Assembly (NCBI GenBank): GCA_963796705.1 | Contig: CAWCMK010000007.1 | Coordinates: 6,641-70,640, forward strand | Length of the DNA stretch: 64,000 bases | Source: an uncultured Solirubrobacterales bacterium | GTDB taxonomy: Bacteria; Actinomycetota; Thermoleophilia; Solirubrobacterales; 70-9 | Direction: 5' to 3' | Shown here: positions 53,599 to 62,892 of the stretch, in pieces | Layout of the letters: the number at the start of each line of letters is the position of its first letter | Position numbering within the stretch: the stretch's first letter is position 1 | Position numbers and translations under genes: made by a program | The notes under the pieces: generated by a model | Told to the model about the DNA's origin: nothing | The model's database searches: none | The model's input: the letters and a program-made list of their open reading frames with translations, nothing else

Positions 53599-54057
53599 AT
53601 GACCACGACGATCGTCCTCCTGCTCCTGATCGCGATGGTGCTCTTCATCGCCGAGGCGCACGTGCCGAGCGGGGTCCTCGGCATCCTCGGCATCGGCGCC
53701 CTCATCGGCGCCGGGCTGATCTATCGCGACGAGGGCCACGAACTGCCGGTCGCCGTGATCGTCGCTGTCGCCCTGGTGCTCGGCGCCCTGGTGCTGTTCG
53801 CGGCCCGCAAAGCGCTCGCCGCGTATCGCAACGAGCCGGTCCGCACCGGCAACGAGGAGATAAGAGGAGCGATCGCAGAGGTTCGACGCACCCTCGACCC
53901 CGAGGGCCAGGTGTTCGTTCAGGGGGCGGTCTGGCACGCTCGCCTCGTCGATCCCGGGAAACCGGTACCACTTGGAGATAGAGTCAGGGTTGAGTCGGTT
54001 GACGGACTGACGTTGATGGTGGGGCCCGTGACCGGAACCGAGGAAGGAACACGCTAG
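53599..54057 (+). CDS. NfeD-family membrane protein
   Basis: N-terminal TM segments and a C-terminal OB-like segment (VFVQGAVWHARLVD...GDRVRVESVDGLTLMV). It lies directly upstream of an SPFH gene. Confidence 0.75.
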   Translation: MTTTIVLLLLIAMVLFIAEAHVPSGVLGILGIGALIGAGLIYRDEGHELPVAVIVAVALVLGALVLFAARKALAAYRNEPVRTGNEEIRGAIAEVRRTLDPEGQVFVQGAVWHARLVDPGKPVPLGDRVRVESVDGLTLMVGPVTGTEEGTR

Positions 54058-54894
54058 ATGGCAGGGCTGATTGCGGTCGTGGTGGTGCTGGCGATTCTCT
54101 TCGTCGTCCTGGCCTCCTCTGTACGGATCCTGCGCGAGTACGAACGAGGGGTGATCTTTCGCCTCGGACGCCTGATCGCTCAGAAGGGCCCGGGGCTGAT
54201 CCTGCTGATCCCTTTGGTCGACCGCATGGTCAAGGTCGACCTGCGAACTGTGACCCTCAACATCCCACCTCAGGAGGTGATCACACGCGACAACGTCCCC
54301 GCCGGCGTCAACGCGGTCGCCTACTTCCGCGTGATGGATCCGCGCAAGGCGATCACAGAGGTCGAAAACTTCCTCCTCGCCACCTCACAGATCTCGCAGA
54401 CGGCATTGCGCTCCGTGCTGGGCAAGGCTGAGTTCGACCAGCTCCTCTCCGAGCGCGAGCGCCTCAACGAGGAGCTGCAGAAGATCATCGATGAGTCGAC
54501 CGAGCCCTGGGGTGTGAAGGTGACGGCGGTCGAGATCAAGGACGTCGAGATCCCCGAACAGATGCAGCGGGCGATCGCGCGCCAGGCCGAGGCCGAGCGC
54601 GAGCGACGTGCCAAGATCATCAACTCAGAGGGCGAGTACCAGGCCGCCCAGAAGCTCACCGACGCCGCCGACATCATCAGCACCAACCCGGCCTCGCTGC
54701 AGCTGCGCTATCTGCAGACGCTGCTCGAAATCGGCAGCAATCAGAACACGACGGTCGTCTTCCCCCTGCCGATGGACATGATCGAGCCCTTCGTCGCCTC
54801 GGCCGGGGGGAGGCCCAAGCCGCCGACGCCGCCTCCTCCCCCACCGCCGGCGGACCCTGACCTCGGGGCCGACCTTCCCCCCTCCCGCTCCTGA
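54058..54894 (+). CDS. SPFH/band-7 (stomatin-like) protein
   Basis: [37 protein letters not shown], a coiled-coil [10 protein letters not shown] and a Pro-rich tail. Confidence 0.85.
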   Translation: MAGLIAVVVVLAILFVVLASSVRILREYERGVIFRLGRLIAQKGPGLILLIPLVDRMVKVDLRTVTLNIPPQEVITRDNVPAGVNAVAYFRVMDPRKAITEVENFLLATSQISQTALRSVLGKAEFDQLLSERERLNEELQKIIDESTEPWGVKVTAVEIKDVEIPEQMQRAIARQAEAERERRAKIINSEGEYQAAQKLTDAADIISTNPASLQLRYLQTLLEIGSNQNTTVVFPLPMDMIEPFVASAGGRPKPPTPPPPPPPADPDLGADLPPSRS

Positions 54895-55994
54895 GCTCGC
54901 GGCGCGCGCCAGAGATCCGCATCGACCAGCTGAGTGGGCTGCGGACGATTCTCGCGCCGGGACGCGCCGAGCGGCCGGACCAGTTCAGCATCGGCGGCGA
55001 TGCCCAGCGTGGGGCCAAGGCCGAGGCCTGTCCGTTCTGCGAGGGCCACGAGGACCGCACGCCGCCTGAGGTCGACGCAAGGCGGCCGCACGGCGGTCCG
55101 CCGGACACGCCCGGCTGGATGACGCGCGTCGTGCCAAACCTCTACCCCGCCCTCGAGGATGAGGAGAGCTACGGGGGCGCGACCGCGGGTGGGCCGGGTG
55201 GCGCTTTGCGGGAAGGGACGAGCGCCGAAGCCGGCGCCTTCGCCAGCGGCGGAGATCCGCTGCTCGCGACGCGGCGGGCCGGCGAGCCCGACCTCTTCGC
55301 CTCACGGCCGGCGAGCGGCGCCCACGAGGTGATCATCCACGCGCCCCAGCACCTGACGGCCATGTCCGAGCTCGGCGACGAGCGCTTCGCCGCGGCGATC
55401 GAGACCTGGCGCGAGCGGATGCGCGCCCACCGCGAGGCGGCCTATGTGCAGCTGATCGTCAACGAGGGCGGCAGCGCCGGAGCTTCGCTGGAGCACACCC
55501 ACGCGCAGCTCTATGCGCTGCCCTTCGTGCCGGCAGCGGTGGCGCGCGAGCGGGAGCGGGCGGGTGCCTACAGCGAGCGGACCGCGGGCGGCGGCCTGCT
55601 GAGTGACGTCCTCGTCGAGGAGGTGCGGCGCAAGGAGCGGCTGGTCGCGATCGATGACGAGGCGGCGCTGATCTGCCCTTGGGCGTCGCGCTCACCCTTC
55701 GAGCTTCGCGTGCTGCCGCGTCGCGAGGCGCCCGCCTTCGAGGATGATGAGGCGGGCACGGCGATGATCGCCATGGCGCTGCGTTTGTTGGCAGCGCGCT
55801 TCGATGGTCCGCCGGAGCTGAACCTCTGGGTGCGGACTGCCCCGCGGGGCAGCAGTGAGGGCTTTCAGTGGCACGTCGACATCGCCCCGCGATTGACCGT
55901 CAAGGCGGGCTTCGAGCTGGCGACGGGGGTTGACATCAACATCTACGCGCCGGAGCGCGCGGCGGCCGATCTGCGGGATTGCATCCCAGGCTAG
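54891..55994 (+). CDS. galT: Galactose-1-phosphate uridylyltransferase. The N-terminal ~75 codons have no canonical start codon (possible CTG start overlapping the upstream TGA).
   Basis: Zinc motif [14 protein letters not shown] (55029..), VVPNLYPAL, active-site HTHAQ (HxHxQ). Between the in-frame stop at 54858-54860 and ATG 55119 the frame is open and clearly GalT-like ([22 protein letters not shown]), but it contains no ATG, GTG or TTG. Confidence 0.7.
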   Translation: MSSRRAPEIRIDQLSGLRTILAPGRAERPDQFSIGGDAQRGAKAEACPFCEGHEDRTPPEVDARRPHGGPPDTPGWMTRVVPNLYPALEDEESYGGATAGGPGGALREGTSAEAGAFASGGDPLLATRRAGEPDLFASRPASGAHEVIIHAPQHLTAMSELGDERFAAAIETWRERMRAHREAAYVQLIVNEGGSAGASLEHTHAQLYALPFVPAAVARERERAGAYSERTAGGGLLSDVLVEEVRRKERLVAIDDEAALICPWASRSPFELRVLPRREAPAFEDDEAGTAMIAMALRLLAARFDGPPELNLWVRTAPRGSSEGFQWHVDIAPRLTVKAGFELATGVDINIYAPERAAADLRDCIPG

Positions 55995-56305
55995 GCCGCG
56001 GTCTCCCGCTCGGCACTCAGCACCGCGTCGAGCAAGCCGGGGAAGCGTCGCTCGAGGTCGGCGCGACGCAGCGTGCTGAGCCGACTGGTGCCCTCGCGCC
56101 TCTGTTCGATGATCCCCGCCTCGCGCAGCACTCGGAAATGGTGCGTGCGGGTCGACTTGCCGATCTCGAGGGCAAAGCTGCCACAGGCCCGGGGCGATTC
56201 GCTTGCCGCGAGTTCGCGGACGATCCGCAGCCGCTGCGGGTCGCTCAGTGCGTGCAACACGGAGGCGAGCTCGATCTCATCACCCTGCGGATGGACAAAA
56301 TTCAT
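55991..56305 (-). CDS. ArsR/SmtB-family transcriptional regulator
   Basis: 104 aa: LHALSDPQRLRIVRELA...GKSTRTHHFRVLREAGII, a winged HTH. Confidence 0.8.
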   Translation of the reverse strand: MNFVHPQGDEIELASVLHALSDPQRLRIVRELAASESPRACGSFALEIGKSTRTHHFRVLREAGIIEQRREGTSRLSTLRRADLERRFPGLLDAVLSAERETAA

Positions 56306-56316
56306 CAGCCAATGAT

Positions 56317-56336
56317 AGTACGACGATCTTCGTACT
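56317..56336. promoter_or_regulatory. Perfect inverted repeat AGTACGA-N6-TCGTACT between the ArsR and MFS genes (candidate ArsR operator)
   Basis: 7-bp arms at 56317-56323 and 56330-56336 within the 53-bp divergent intergenic region. Confidence 0.5.
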
Positions 56337-56358
56337 TTGGTACGGTAATCGTCGAACT

Positions 56359-57798
56359 ATGAGCACCGCCCGTGACCGCCGCAGCTCCGACGTCCTGATC
56401 CTCGTCGTGTGCCTGGCCCAGTTCATGGTCATCCTCGACATCTCGATCGTCAACGTCTCCCTGCCGCGGATCCACGACTCGCTCGGCTTCTCGCAGACGG
56501 GGCTGCAATGGGTCGTCAACGCCTACACGCTCGCCTTCGCCGGCTTCCTGATGCTGGGCGGACGGGCGAACGACCTGATCGGACGGCGGCGCGTGTTCCT
56601 GGTCGGCGTGGCGCTCTTCTCCTTCGCCTCGCTGGGCTGCGCCCTCGCCGACAGCCAACCGACGCTGATCGTCGCCCGCACGGTCCAGGGCCTCGGCGCG
56701 GCGATCATCTCCCCGGCCAGCCTTGCGATTCTCACCGCCTGCTTCGCCGAGGGTCGCGAACGCAACCGGGCTCTGGGAATCTGGGGGGCGATGGCCGGGC
56801 TCGGTGGCTCGGCCGGGGCGCTGCTCGGCGGCGTCCTCACACAGAGTTTCGGCTGGGAGGCGGTCTTCCTGATCAACGTCCCGATCGGCGCCGCGGTCGT
56901 CCTCGCCGGGCGGGCGGTCATCCCGCGCAAGCAGGTGCTCGCCGAGGAGCGGCACTTTGACCTTGCCGGGGCGGTCCTGATCAGCGGCGGACTGAGCGCC
57001 ATCGTCTTCGGCATCGTCCGCACCGACGTGCTCTCCTGGGCCAGCCCCGGGGTGCTCGGCCCGCTCCTGGCCGGGGTGGTGATGCTCGCCCTGTTCGTCC
57101 TCGTCGAGGGGCGCCTCGCGCGCGACCCGCTGATCCCGCTGCGGGTCTTCCGGATGCCGACACTGCGGGCCGCGAACCTGATCATCGCCCTGCTCTTCGC
57201 GGGGATCTTCGCGATGTGGTTCTTCGTCTCGCTCTACCTGCAGCAGGTCCACCATGACGACCCTCTCGAGGCGGGAATCGCCTTCCTGCCGATGACCCTG
57301 AGCATCGCCGCCGCCTCGACGTTGGCGCCACGGCTGATCGAGCGCTTCGGGGTGCGCCGCGTGCTGAGCGTCGGGATGCTGACCGCTGGGGCCGGGCTGC
57401 TGCTGCTGTCGGGAATCAGCGCCGATGGCACCTACGCGAGCAACGTGCTGCCCGGTGGGGTGCTGGCGACGCTTGGGGCTGGATCCTCGATGGTTCCGGC
57501 GACGATCGTCGCGGTGCGCGGCGTGCCCCAGCAGGAAAGCGGGTTGGCCTCGGGGGTGCTGAACACCTCGCGCCTGACCGGGGGAACAATCGGCCTGGCG
57601 GTGCTGAGCACGATCGCCACCTCACAGACCCACGCGAAGCTGGCCGCGGGAGTGGCGAGCGGCGCGGCTTTCACCGACGGATACCGGGTGGCCTTCGAGC
57701 TGGGGGCAGCCTGCTGCCTGGTGGGCGCGGTCGCGGCGGCGGTCCTCCTGCGGGCGCGCCGCCCGGTCGAGGGCGAGGTCGAGCCCGAACCGGCCTGA
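56359..57798 (+). CDS. MFS transporter, DHA2/EmrB-type (14-TMS drug:H+ antiporter family)
   Basis: LAQFMVILDISIVNVSLPRI, LGGRANDLIGRRRVFL, ~14 hydrophobic segments. Start taken at ATG 56359. Confidence 0.85.
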   Translation: MSTARDRRSSDVLILVVCLAQFMVILDISIVNVSLPRIHDSLGFSQTGLQWVVNAYTLAFAGFLMLGGRANDLIGRRRVFLVGVALFSFASLGCALADSQPTLIVARTVQGLGAAIISPASLAILTACFAEGRERNRALGIWGAMAGLGGSAGALLGGVLTQSFGWEAVFLINVPIGAAVVLAGRAVIPRKQVLAEERHFDLAGAVLISGGLSAIVFGIVRTDVLSWASPGVLGPLLAGVVMLALFVLVEGRLARDPLIPLRVFRMPTLRAANLIIALLFAGIFAMWFFVSLYLQQVHHDDPLEAGIAFLPMTLSIAAASTLAPRLIERFGVRRVLSVGMLTAGAGLLLLSGISADGTYASNVLPGGVLATLGAGSSMVPATIVAVRGVPQQESGLASGVLNTSRLTGGTIGLAVLSTIATSQTHAKLAAGVASGAAFTDGYRVAFELGAACCLVGAVAAAVLLRARRPVEGEVEPEPA

Positions 57799-57842
57799 GT
57801 CCTCGGCGGGCGGACTGGCCACGCGCCAGATAGGGTCACGGG

Positions 57843-58496
57843 GTGCCGCCGAACCCGAGGCCGATACCGCGGTTCATTGCCGACACCACACAGGAGGGGA
57901 TCCCGCACGGGCGCTTTGCGGAATCCCTTGGCGCCGCCTTCCGGGAGGCGTGCGACGCAATCCACGAGCTGCCCGAGGGAAGCGAGGCGAGCGGCGACCT
58001 CGAGTGGTTCCCCGAGCGGGCCTGGGGCGGGCGCGTTTGGGTCCCTTGCTGCACACGCGCGCGTGGGCCCCAGGGTGAGCTCGAGCTCTTCGGGCATGTG
58101 TCCTATGTTCAGCCCGAGGTGGGAGACCCCGAGGACGTGAGGGCGAAGGCTGACTTCACGGACGTCCTGGCCGAGGAGAACCCTGACTGGAAGATCGACC
58201 TGAACGATGACGTTATTGGGCGCTGGCGGGGGGAGAACGGGCGGGCCGGCGAGGTCACCCTCGTTTGGGGTCGGCCGCTCCTCCAGGGAGCCGTCGCGGC
58301 CACCGCCGAGCTCGATAATGAGACGGTCGATCAGGAAGCGATCTCAAACGATCGCTTCACCTTGATATCCCTCGATGCCCTGGTCGGCTACGGCGATGAC
58401 ATCTTCATGCAGGTGCGCCTCTGGAATCGCAGAGCCCAGGAGCTGGCCTCAGAGAGCCTCTACGACGAGCCCTCCGACCCCGCTGACTCAGGCTGA
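57843..58496 (+). CDS. Hypothetical protein
   Basis: 217-aa ORF with coding-like composition and no recognised motif. Confidence 0.5.
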   Translation: MPPNPRPIPRFIADTTQEGIPHGRFAESLGAAFREACDAIHELPEGSEASGDLEWFPERAWGGRVWVPCCTRARGPQGELELFGHVSYVQPEVGDPEDVRAKADFTDVLAEENPDWKIDLNDDVIGRWRGENGRAGEVTLVWGRPLLQGAVAATAELDNETVDQEAISNDRFTLISLDALVGYGDDIFMQVRLWNRRAQELASESLYDEPSDPADSG

Positions 58497-58536
58497 TAGC
58501 GCCTCCCTCCTCTGGGGAGTCACTCACAATTCGGAC

Positions 58537-58558
58537 TTCGGCTGGGTCTCTAGCCGAA
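58537..58558. terminator. Hairpin TTCGGCT-N8-AGCCGAA in a convergent intergenic region
   Basis: 7-bp perfect stem between the 3' ends of 57843..58496 (+) and 58621..59349 (-). No U-tract. Confidence 0.25.
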
Positions 58559-58620
58559 CCGCCCGGCTCCAGCCTCGACCTCGGACCCGGCCTGACTGAC
58601 GGTCCCCGTCGTCGGTGGTG

Positions 58621-59349
58621 CTAGCGAACCAGCGGGTAGACGCAGATGTAGTCGTAGCTCGCGATGATTTCGTGCGTGATTTCGTTTTCGAGCTTGACGT
58701 CTTCGACACCGGCTTCGCTGACGATCTGAGTGAAGTATTCGCTTTTGGTGGCGGCGTTTGCAAGGTAGGTGTCGGTGAACTCCGCGTTTGAGCCGTTGCC
58801 GTCCCCGAGGGGGATCTGGTGGCGCAGGGCCAGCAGCTGTCCGGGAGCCGGGAGGAAACCGCCACGTGCGGCGCACGCATCGGCCGCCGCCTTGACGCCA
58901 AGGACGGGTCCTGAGGGGGCGCTGTCATAGCAGAGGCCACCGATCAGCTTCGTGCCGGCCGGGCAGGACGCCGAGTGGCCCCCTTCAAGTTCTTGGGCGT
59001 CCGCGACCTTGCTGGCTTCGGCGGCCTTGGGGACCGCTCCGAGCGCTTCCGTATTGATGTCAGCTCCGGTCAGGGTGCCGTTGGCGACCGTAGTGGCGTT
59101 GATGGCTCCGTTGGCAATTTTGCTGCTTTTCACGGCCTTGGCCTTCAGCTGGGGGGTGCCAATCGAGTGCGGGGGGATCGAAAACTTCGCGTAGGCGGTG
59201 CCGCCTAGGGCAATCGCCAGAGCGATCAGAGCGACCACCATCGCCGGGCTCAAACGCCGTCTGCGCCTGCTCTCATCGCGCCTCAAAATCCGTCCCTCCC
59301 GTTTCATGTTCTCCCGTTGTGCCAAGCCCGGTCCCGCGCCCTGGCTCAC
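58621..59349 (-). CDS. Membrane-anchored or secreted hypothetical protein
   Basis: Arg-rich n-region plus hydrophobic segment (RRRRRLSPAMVVALIALAIALGGTAYA), short repeats (ANGAINATTVANGTLTGADIN) and a Cys-containing C-terminal domain. The start may be ATG 59307. Confidence 0.6.
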   Translation of the reverse strand: MSQGAGPGLAQRENMKREGRILRRDESRRRRRLSPAMVVALIALAIALGGTAYAKFSIPPHSIGTPQLKAKAVKSSKIANGAINATTVANGTLTGADINTEALGAVPKAAEASKVADAQELEGGHSASCPAGTKLIGGLCYDSAPSGPVLGVKAAADACAARGGFLPAPGQLLALRHQIPLGDGNGSNAEFTDTYLANAATKSEYFTQIVSEAGVEDVKLENEITHEIIASYDYICVYPLVR

Positions 59350-59769
59350 TACACCATATTTGATCCGCTCTCATAAAGTCTCTCCGGCACCCGAAGTTGC
59401 GGTCGGGACGGCCGGCAGACGCGAGCTCCGCCGCGGCCCCAGCACTCCTCCTCTGGGTTGCAGGTCGAGCCGCTTGGTTCGTGCTCGGGCCGGGTCCAAC
59501 GTGTTCGCGCTTTTGCCCTTGCGCTGTCCTGGCGATCGGGTTGCCCTGGAATATTGTTTGTCATCGAGGTCCGTGGTATCCAAGAAGTTGCCCGATCAAC
59601 CATTTGCCGCGATGGTGAGTGATATGACTTCGACGAACTTCCAGGAAGCCGGCTGGTTCGCATCGCACGCGAAAGAGGGCTCAGAAAAGAAAGGCGTCGA
59701 GCCCTCCGCTGATCTCAGAACGATGACCGTGCGATCGGCAGCTCGCGGATTGAAGGGGGCTGCTCGGAG

Positions 59770-60723
59770 ATGACAGCGCTGGTCGATTTGCGTCGGTTGC
59801 CGGTGCCGATCGTTCAGGCGGGGATGGGCGCCGTGGCCCGTCATGAGCTCGCTGCGGCTGTCTCGGAGGCCGGTGGACTGGGGACGATCGGCGGTGCCCG
59901 CGCGCCGATCACCGAGGAGCTTGGTGCAGCCCGCAGGCTCACCGACCGACCGATCGCGGTCAACCTGGTGCTGCCGCTGCTTCGACCAGGCGATGTGCAG
60001 GCGGCGGCCGCCGCCGACGTGATCGTCACCTTCTGGGGAAAGCCACGCAGGCTCGCCGAGGGTACGTGGGTCCACCAGTGCGGCTCGGTCGAGGAAGCAA
60101 GAGCCGCTGTGGGGGCGGGTGCCGATGCGGTGATCGCCCAGGGTGTCGAGGCTGGCGGGCACGTGCGTGGCACAACCTCGGTTCTCGATTTGGTCGAGCG
60201 GATTCGGGCAGCGGTCAAGGTCCCGGTGCTGGCGGCCGGCGGGATCGTTGAGCGAGCGGGTGTGGAGGAGGCGCTCAACGCTGGCGCTGTCGCCGCGCTT
60301 TTGGGCACTCGCTTCCTCCTCAGCGAGGAGAGCCGCGCGCATCCGGACTACAAGCGGCGCTGCCTGGAGGCCGAGGGCACGGTACTGACCGAGTTCTTCG
60401 GGCTGGGATGGGCCAACGCACCGCACAGGGTGATCCCAAACGCCGCGACCCGCCGCTGGCTGGGCCACGAGCCGCGTGGGCCGGGCTGGATCCGGCTCAT
60501 CAACCGGCTCGCCTCGCCGCTTGCGAGGCGCCTGCCACCAACGCTCCAGGAGCGCTGGCTCGCGACCCAGCGGCCCTCACTTCCCTTCCTGGCCCCGCCA
60601 ATGGCCTTGGATGACGGGCCCTCGAGCCTGCTGGATGCTGGACCGCTCTACGCGGGCGCGAACGTGACCCGAATATCCGACATTCGCCCGGCCGCGCAAA
60701 TAGTCAGCCTCCTCACTCCCTAG
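59770..60723 (+). CDS. Nitronate monooxygenase (NMO / 2-nitropropane dioxygenase family)
   Basis: PIVQAGMGAVARHELAAAVSEAGGLGTIG, IAQGVEAGGH. Its TAG stop (60721-60723) lies inside the IS481 target duplication. Confidence 0.8.
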   Translation: MTALVDLRRLPVPIVQAGMGAVARHELAAAVSEAGGLGTIGGARAPITEELGAARRLTDRPIAVNLVLPLLRPGDVQAAAAADVIVTFWGKPRRLAEGTWVHQCGSVEEARAAVGAGADAVIAQGVEAGGHVRGTTSVLDLVERIRAAVKVPVLAAGGIVERAGVEEALNAGAVAALLGTRFLLSEESRAHPDYKRRCLEAEGTVLTEFFGLGWANAPHRVIPNAATRRWLGHEPRGPGWIRLINRLASPLARRLPPTLQERWLATQRPSLPFLAPPMALDDGPSSLLDAGPLYAGANVTRISDIRPAAQIVSLLTP

Positions 60724-60724
60724 A
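60719..60724. repeat. Target-site duplication CCTAGA (left copy)
   Basis: Identical hexamer at 61753-61758. It fits the NCTAGN target preference known for IS481. Confidence 0.8.
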
Positions 60725-61752
60725 TGTAGTTCCTAACAACGTTGTTCATCCGGGCCTCCTTGGAGGCTGGGGGTGTCTACCCACCCAGCAACAAGGAGGA
60801 CACCGGATGAAGCTCCACGCTAATGCCCCCTTCGGCCCGAAGGGGAGACTGACGATGGTCAGGCGCGTCACCGAGCAACGGTGGTCGCTCGCGGAGGCGG
60901 CCGAGGCCGCCGGAGTGAGCGAGCGCACCGCCTGCAAGTGGACCCAGCGCTACCGCTCCGAAGGAGAGGTCGGCCTCTGGGATCGAAGCTCGGCACCGCG
61001 CTCGGTGCCAAACCGCACCCCCGAGGACCGCGTCGCGGCGATCGCCGCCTTGCGTCGGGTGCGAATGACCGGGCCCGAGATCGCCGAGGTGCTGGAGATG
61101 GCGAGTTCCACGGTCTCCGCGGTGCTGTCGCGGATCGGCCTGGGCACGCTCGCCCGCCTGGAGCCCCCGGAGCCTCCCAACCGATACGAGCGAGCCAACC
61201 CGGGGGAGCTGATCCACATCGACGTCAAGAAGCTGGTGCGGATCGAGAAGGGTGCCGGTCACCGGGTGACCGGCAAGCGCACCTCCCAGGCCAAGGGCGC
61301 CGGCTGGGAGCGGGTCCACGTCTGCGTCGACGATGCGACCCGTCTCGCCTACGTGGAGGTCCTCAGCGACGAAAAGGGGAGGACCGCCGTCGGCTTCCTG
61401 AAGCGCGCCCTCGCCTTCTACTCAGCCCACGGCATCACCGTCGAGCGGGTGATGACCGACAACGGCCCGGCCTACCTCTCGATCGCCCATGCCATCGCCT
61501 GCCGGGCCTTGGGGGTCCGCCACATCCGCACCCGTCCCTACCGGCCGCGCACCAACGGCAAGGCCGAGCGCTTCATCCGCACGATGCTCGGCGGCTGGGC
61601 CTACGGGGCCATCTACCGCGACTCCGCCCAACGCACCGCGGCGCTATCCGGCTGGCTGGAGTTCTATAACTGGCGCAGACCGCATGGCTCTCTCAGTCAC
61701 AAGTCGCCCGGGGCTCGCCTTCGCGAGCTGAACAACGTTGCTGGGTCTTACA
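60725..61752 (+). mobile_element. Complete IS481-family insertion sequence (1028 bp)
   Basis: Imperfect 24-bp terminal inverted repeats (19/24): TGTAGTTCCTAACAACGTTGTTCA at 60725-60748, and TGTAAGACCCAGCAACGTTGTTCA as the reverse complement of 61729-61752. Flanked by identical 6-bp CCTAGA direct repeats. It encodes one DDE transposase. Confidence 0.85.
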
Positions 61753-61757
61753 CCTAG
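60807..61757 (+). CDS. IS481-family transposase (DDE integrase core)
   Basis: N-terminal HTH (WSLAEAAEAAGVSERTACKWTQRY), then HIDVKK...VCVDDATRLAYVEVL...MTDNGPAY...FYNWRRPHGSL. AAGGAGGA RBS. Confidence 0.9.
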   Translation: MKLHANAPFGPKGRLTMVRRVTEQRWSLAEAAEAAGVSERTACKWTQRYRSEGEVGLWDRSSAPRSVPNRTPEDRVAAIAALRRVRMTGPEIAEVLEMASSTVSAVLSRIGLGTLARLEPPEPPNRYERANPGELIHIDVKKLVRIEKGAGHRVTGKRTSQAKGAGWERVHVCVDDATRLAYVEVLSDEKGRTAVGFLKRALAFYSAHGITVERVMTDNGPAYLSIAHAIACRALGVRHIRTRPYRPRTNGKAERFIRTMLGGWAYGAIYRDSAQRTAALSGWLEFYNWRRPHGSLSHKSPGARLRELNNVAGSYT

Positions 61758-61758
61758 A
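61753..61758. repeat. Target-site duplication CCTAGA (right copy)
   Basis: Identical to 60719-60724. It supplies the TAG stop of the transposase ORF. Confidence 0.8.
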
Positions 61759-61911
61759 CGATCGGCTTCCGCACCTGGGCTCGAACGTTTAGCTGCCCCC
61801 GTAGCGGCTCGAGCGCTCCCCAAACGTCGCCCGAGAAATGCCCGAGAGAGCAGCGGTGTAGCTGACGCACGCCCGCGGGGAGCGGCGCAGCGTGCAGTAC
61901 GCTGGGAAGCG

Positions 61912-62619
61912 ATGCACCGCGACACCCAGCGGACTCCAAAGCGAGTCATCCTCGCCGCCGCGGTGATCGTGGCCGCCGCGCTGACGCTGATTGTGGTGGT
62001 GGCCGCGCCTGTTGCGACGGCCACAAAGCAGAAGAAATCGGGTACGCACCCAGCGAACGCGACGGTCCTGCACCTCTGCGAATGGGGCAACGCCAGCGGC
62101 GCCGTTGCGAGCGCGGAAGTCTCCGGCGGATGCCACGAAAAACATGGTCACAGCAAGACGCAGCACACCCCGTTCGGCACAGTTGGCTTGACCATCTACT
62201 CGGCCGAATGGGGCAGCCTGACACCGGGACTCGTTCCCCAGCACACGCTGCTGGTGACCGCATTGCGGGAGACCGGAACCGGCAAAGCCGCCAGGTACAT
62301 CGAGAAGCAGGCGCGCCTCAAGGTGCTCGAAGAAGGCTCTCCGGTGAGCCCGGTCGGCAGCAAGGTCACCGCGTCTTGGAGCGGCGACACCTACTCGTGT
62401 GAAAACCCTCCCACGGGAGATTGCACCAACAGCGAATTCCAGGCGGCGAAGGGCCGCTGGGTCCTCGGTGCGGGGCTGAGCGGGGCACCTCCTGGCATCC
62501 CGGGCAGCGAAGAAAACGCTGCAGAACAGAATGAAGATGATCCTCAGGACCTTCAGCAGGAGGAAGCGCTGAAGGGGCCGGTCGTCTCGCTCGGCCTCTA
62601 CATCGCCGCGCGGCTGTAG
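61912..62619 (+). CDS. Hypothetical membrane-anchored or secreted protein between two IS elements
   Basis: N-terminal TM or signal (RVILAAAVIVAAALTLIVVVAAPVATA). 235 aa from ATG 61912, no recognised domain. Confidence 0.5.
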   Translation: MHRDTQRTPKRVILAAAVIVAAALTLIVVVAAPVATATKQKKSGTHPANATVLHLCEWGNASGAVASAEVSGGCHEKHGHSKTQHTPFGTVGLTIYSAEWGSLTPGLVPQHTLLVTALRETGTGKAARYIEKQARLKVLEEGSPVSPVGSKVTASWSGDTYSCENPPTGDCTNSEFQAAKGRWVLGAGLSGAPPGIPGSEENAAEQNEDDPQDLQQEEALKGPVVSLGLYIAARL

Positions 62620-62892
62620 CGTCTCGATTCTAGGTTCGGGCCCAGTGGACAGTGACTGAAAGCGAGTATCGCGCGATCAGTCCACCCTGGCCAGAAAAGC
62701 CCCACTTGAGCAGTGAAACCGGTTTTCGGCCGCCGAGATCACGGAGGATCCGTTGACCTCAGGCTCGCCCTTTCTGGTGGCGGTGCCGCCGGGGGCAGTC
62801 GGCCTTGACCTCGGGATGGGCCTTGAAGACCTTGCCGTCGAGGATGTCCGAATCCCCGTGGAATTTCGACGGCGATCCCCACGGGTTGACGA

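Noticed and set aside
59612-59773. 53-codon ORF (MVSDMTSTNFQEAGWFASHAKEG...) whose TGA overlaps the ATG of the nitronate monooxygenase gene (ATGA).
   Set aside because: Third-position GC (~68% by hand count) looks lower than in the confident genes, which I judged only by eye. There is no SD and no recognisable motif. It could be a real upstream peptide, but the evidence is insufficient.
62700-62892. Minus-strand open stretch downstream of the IS256 transposase stop (…NPWGSPSKFHGDSDILDGKVFKAHPEVK…), possibly a gene fragment or the IS terminus.
   Set aside because: It is below the ORF-track threshold and has no recognisable family. The IS256 inverted repeat cannot be defined without the other end, which is outside the window.
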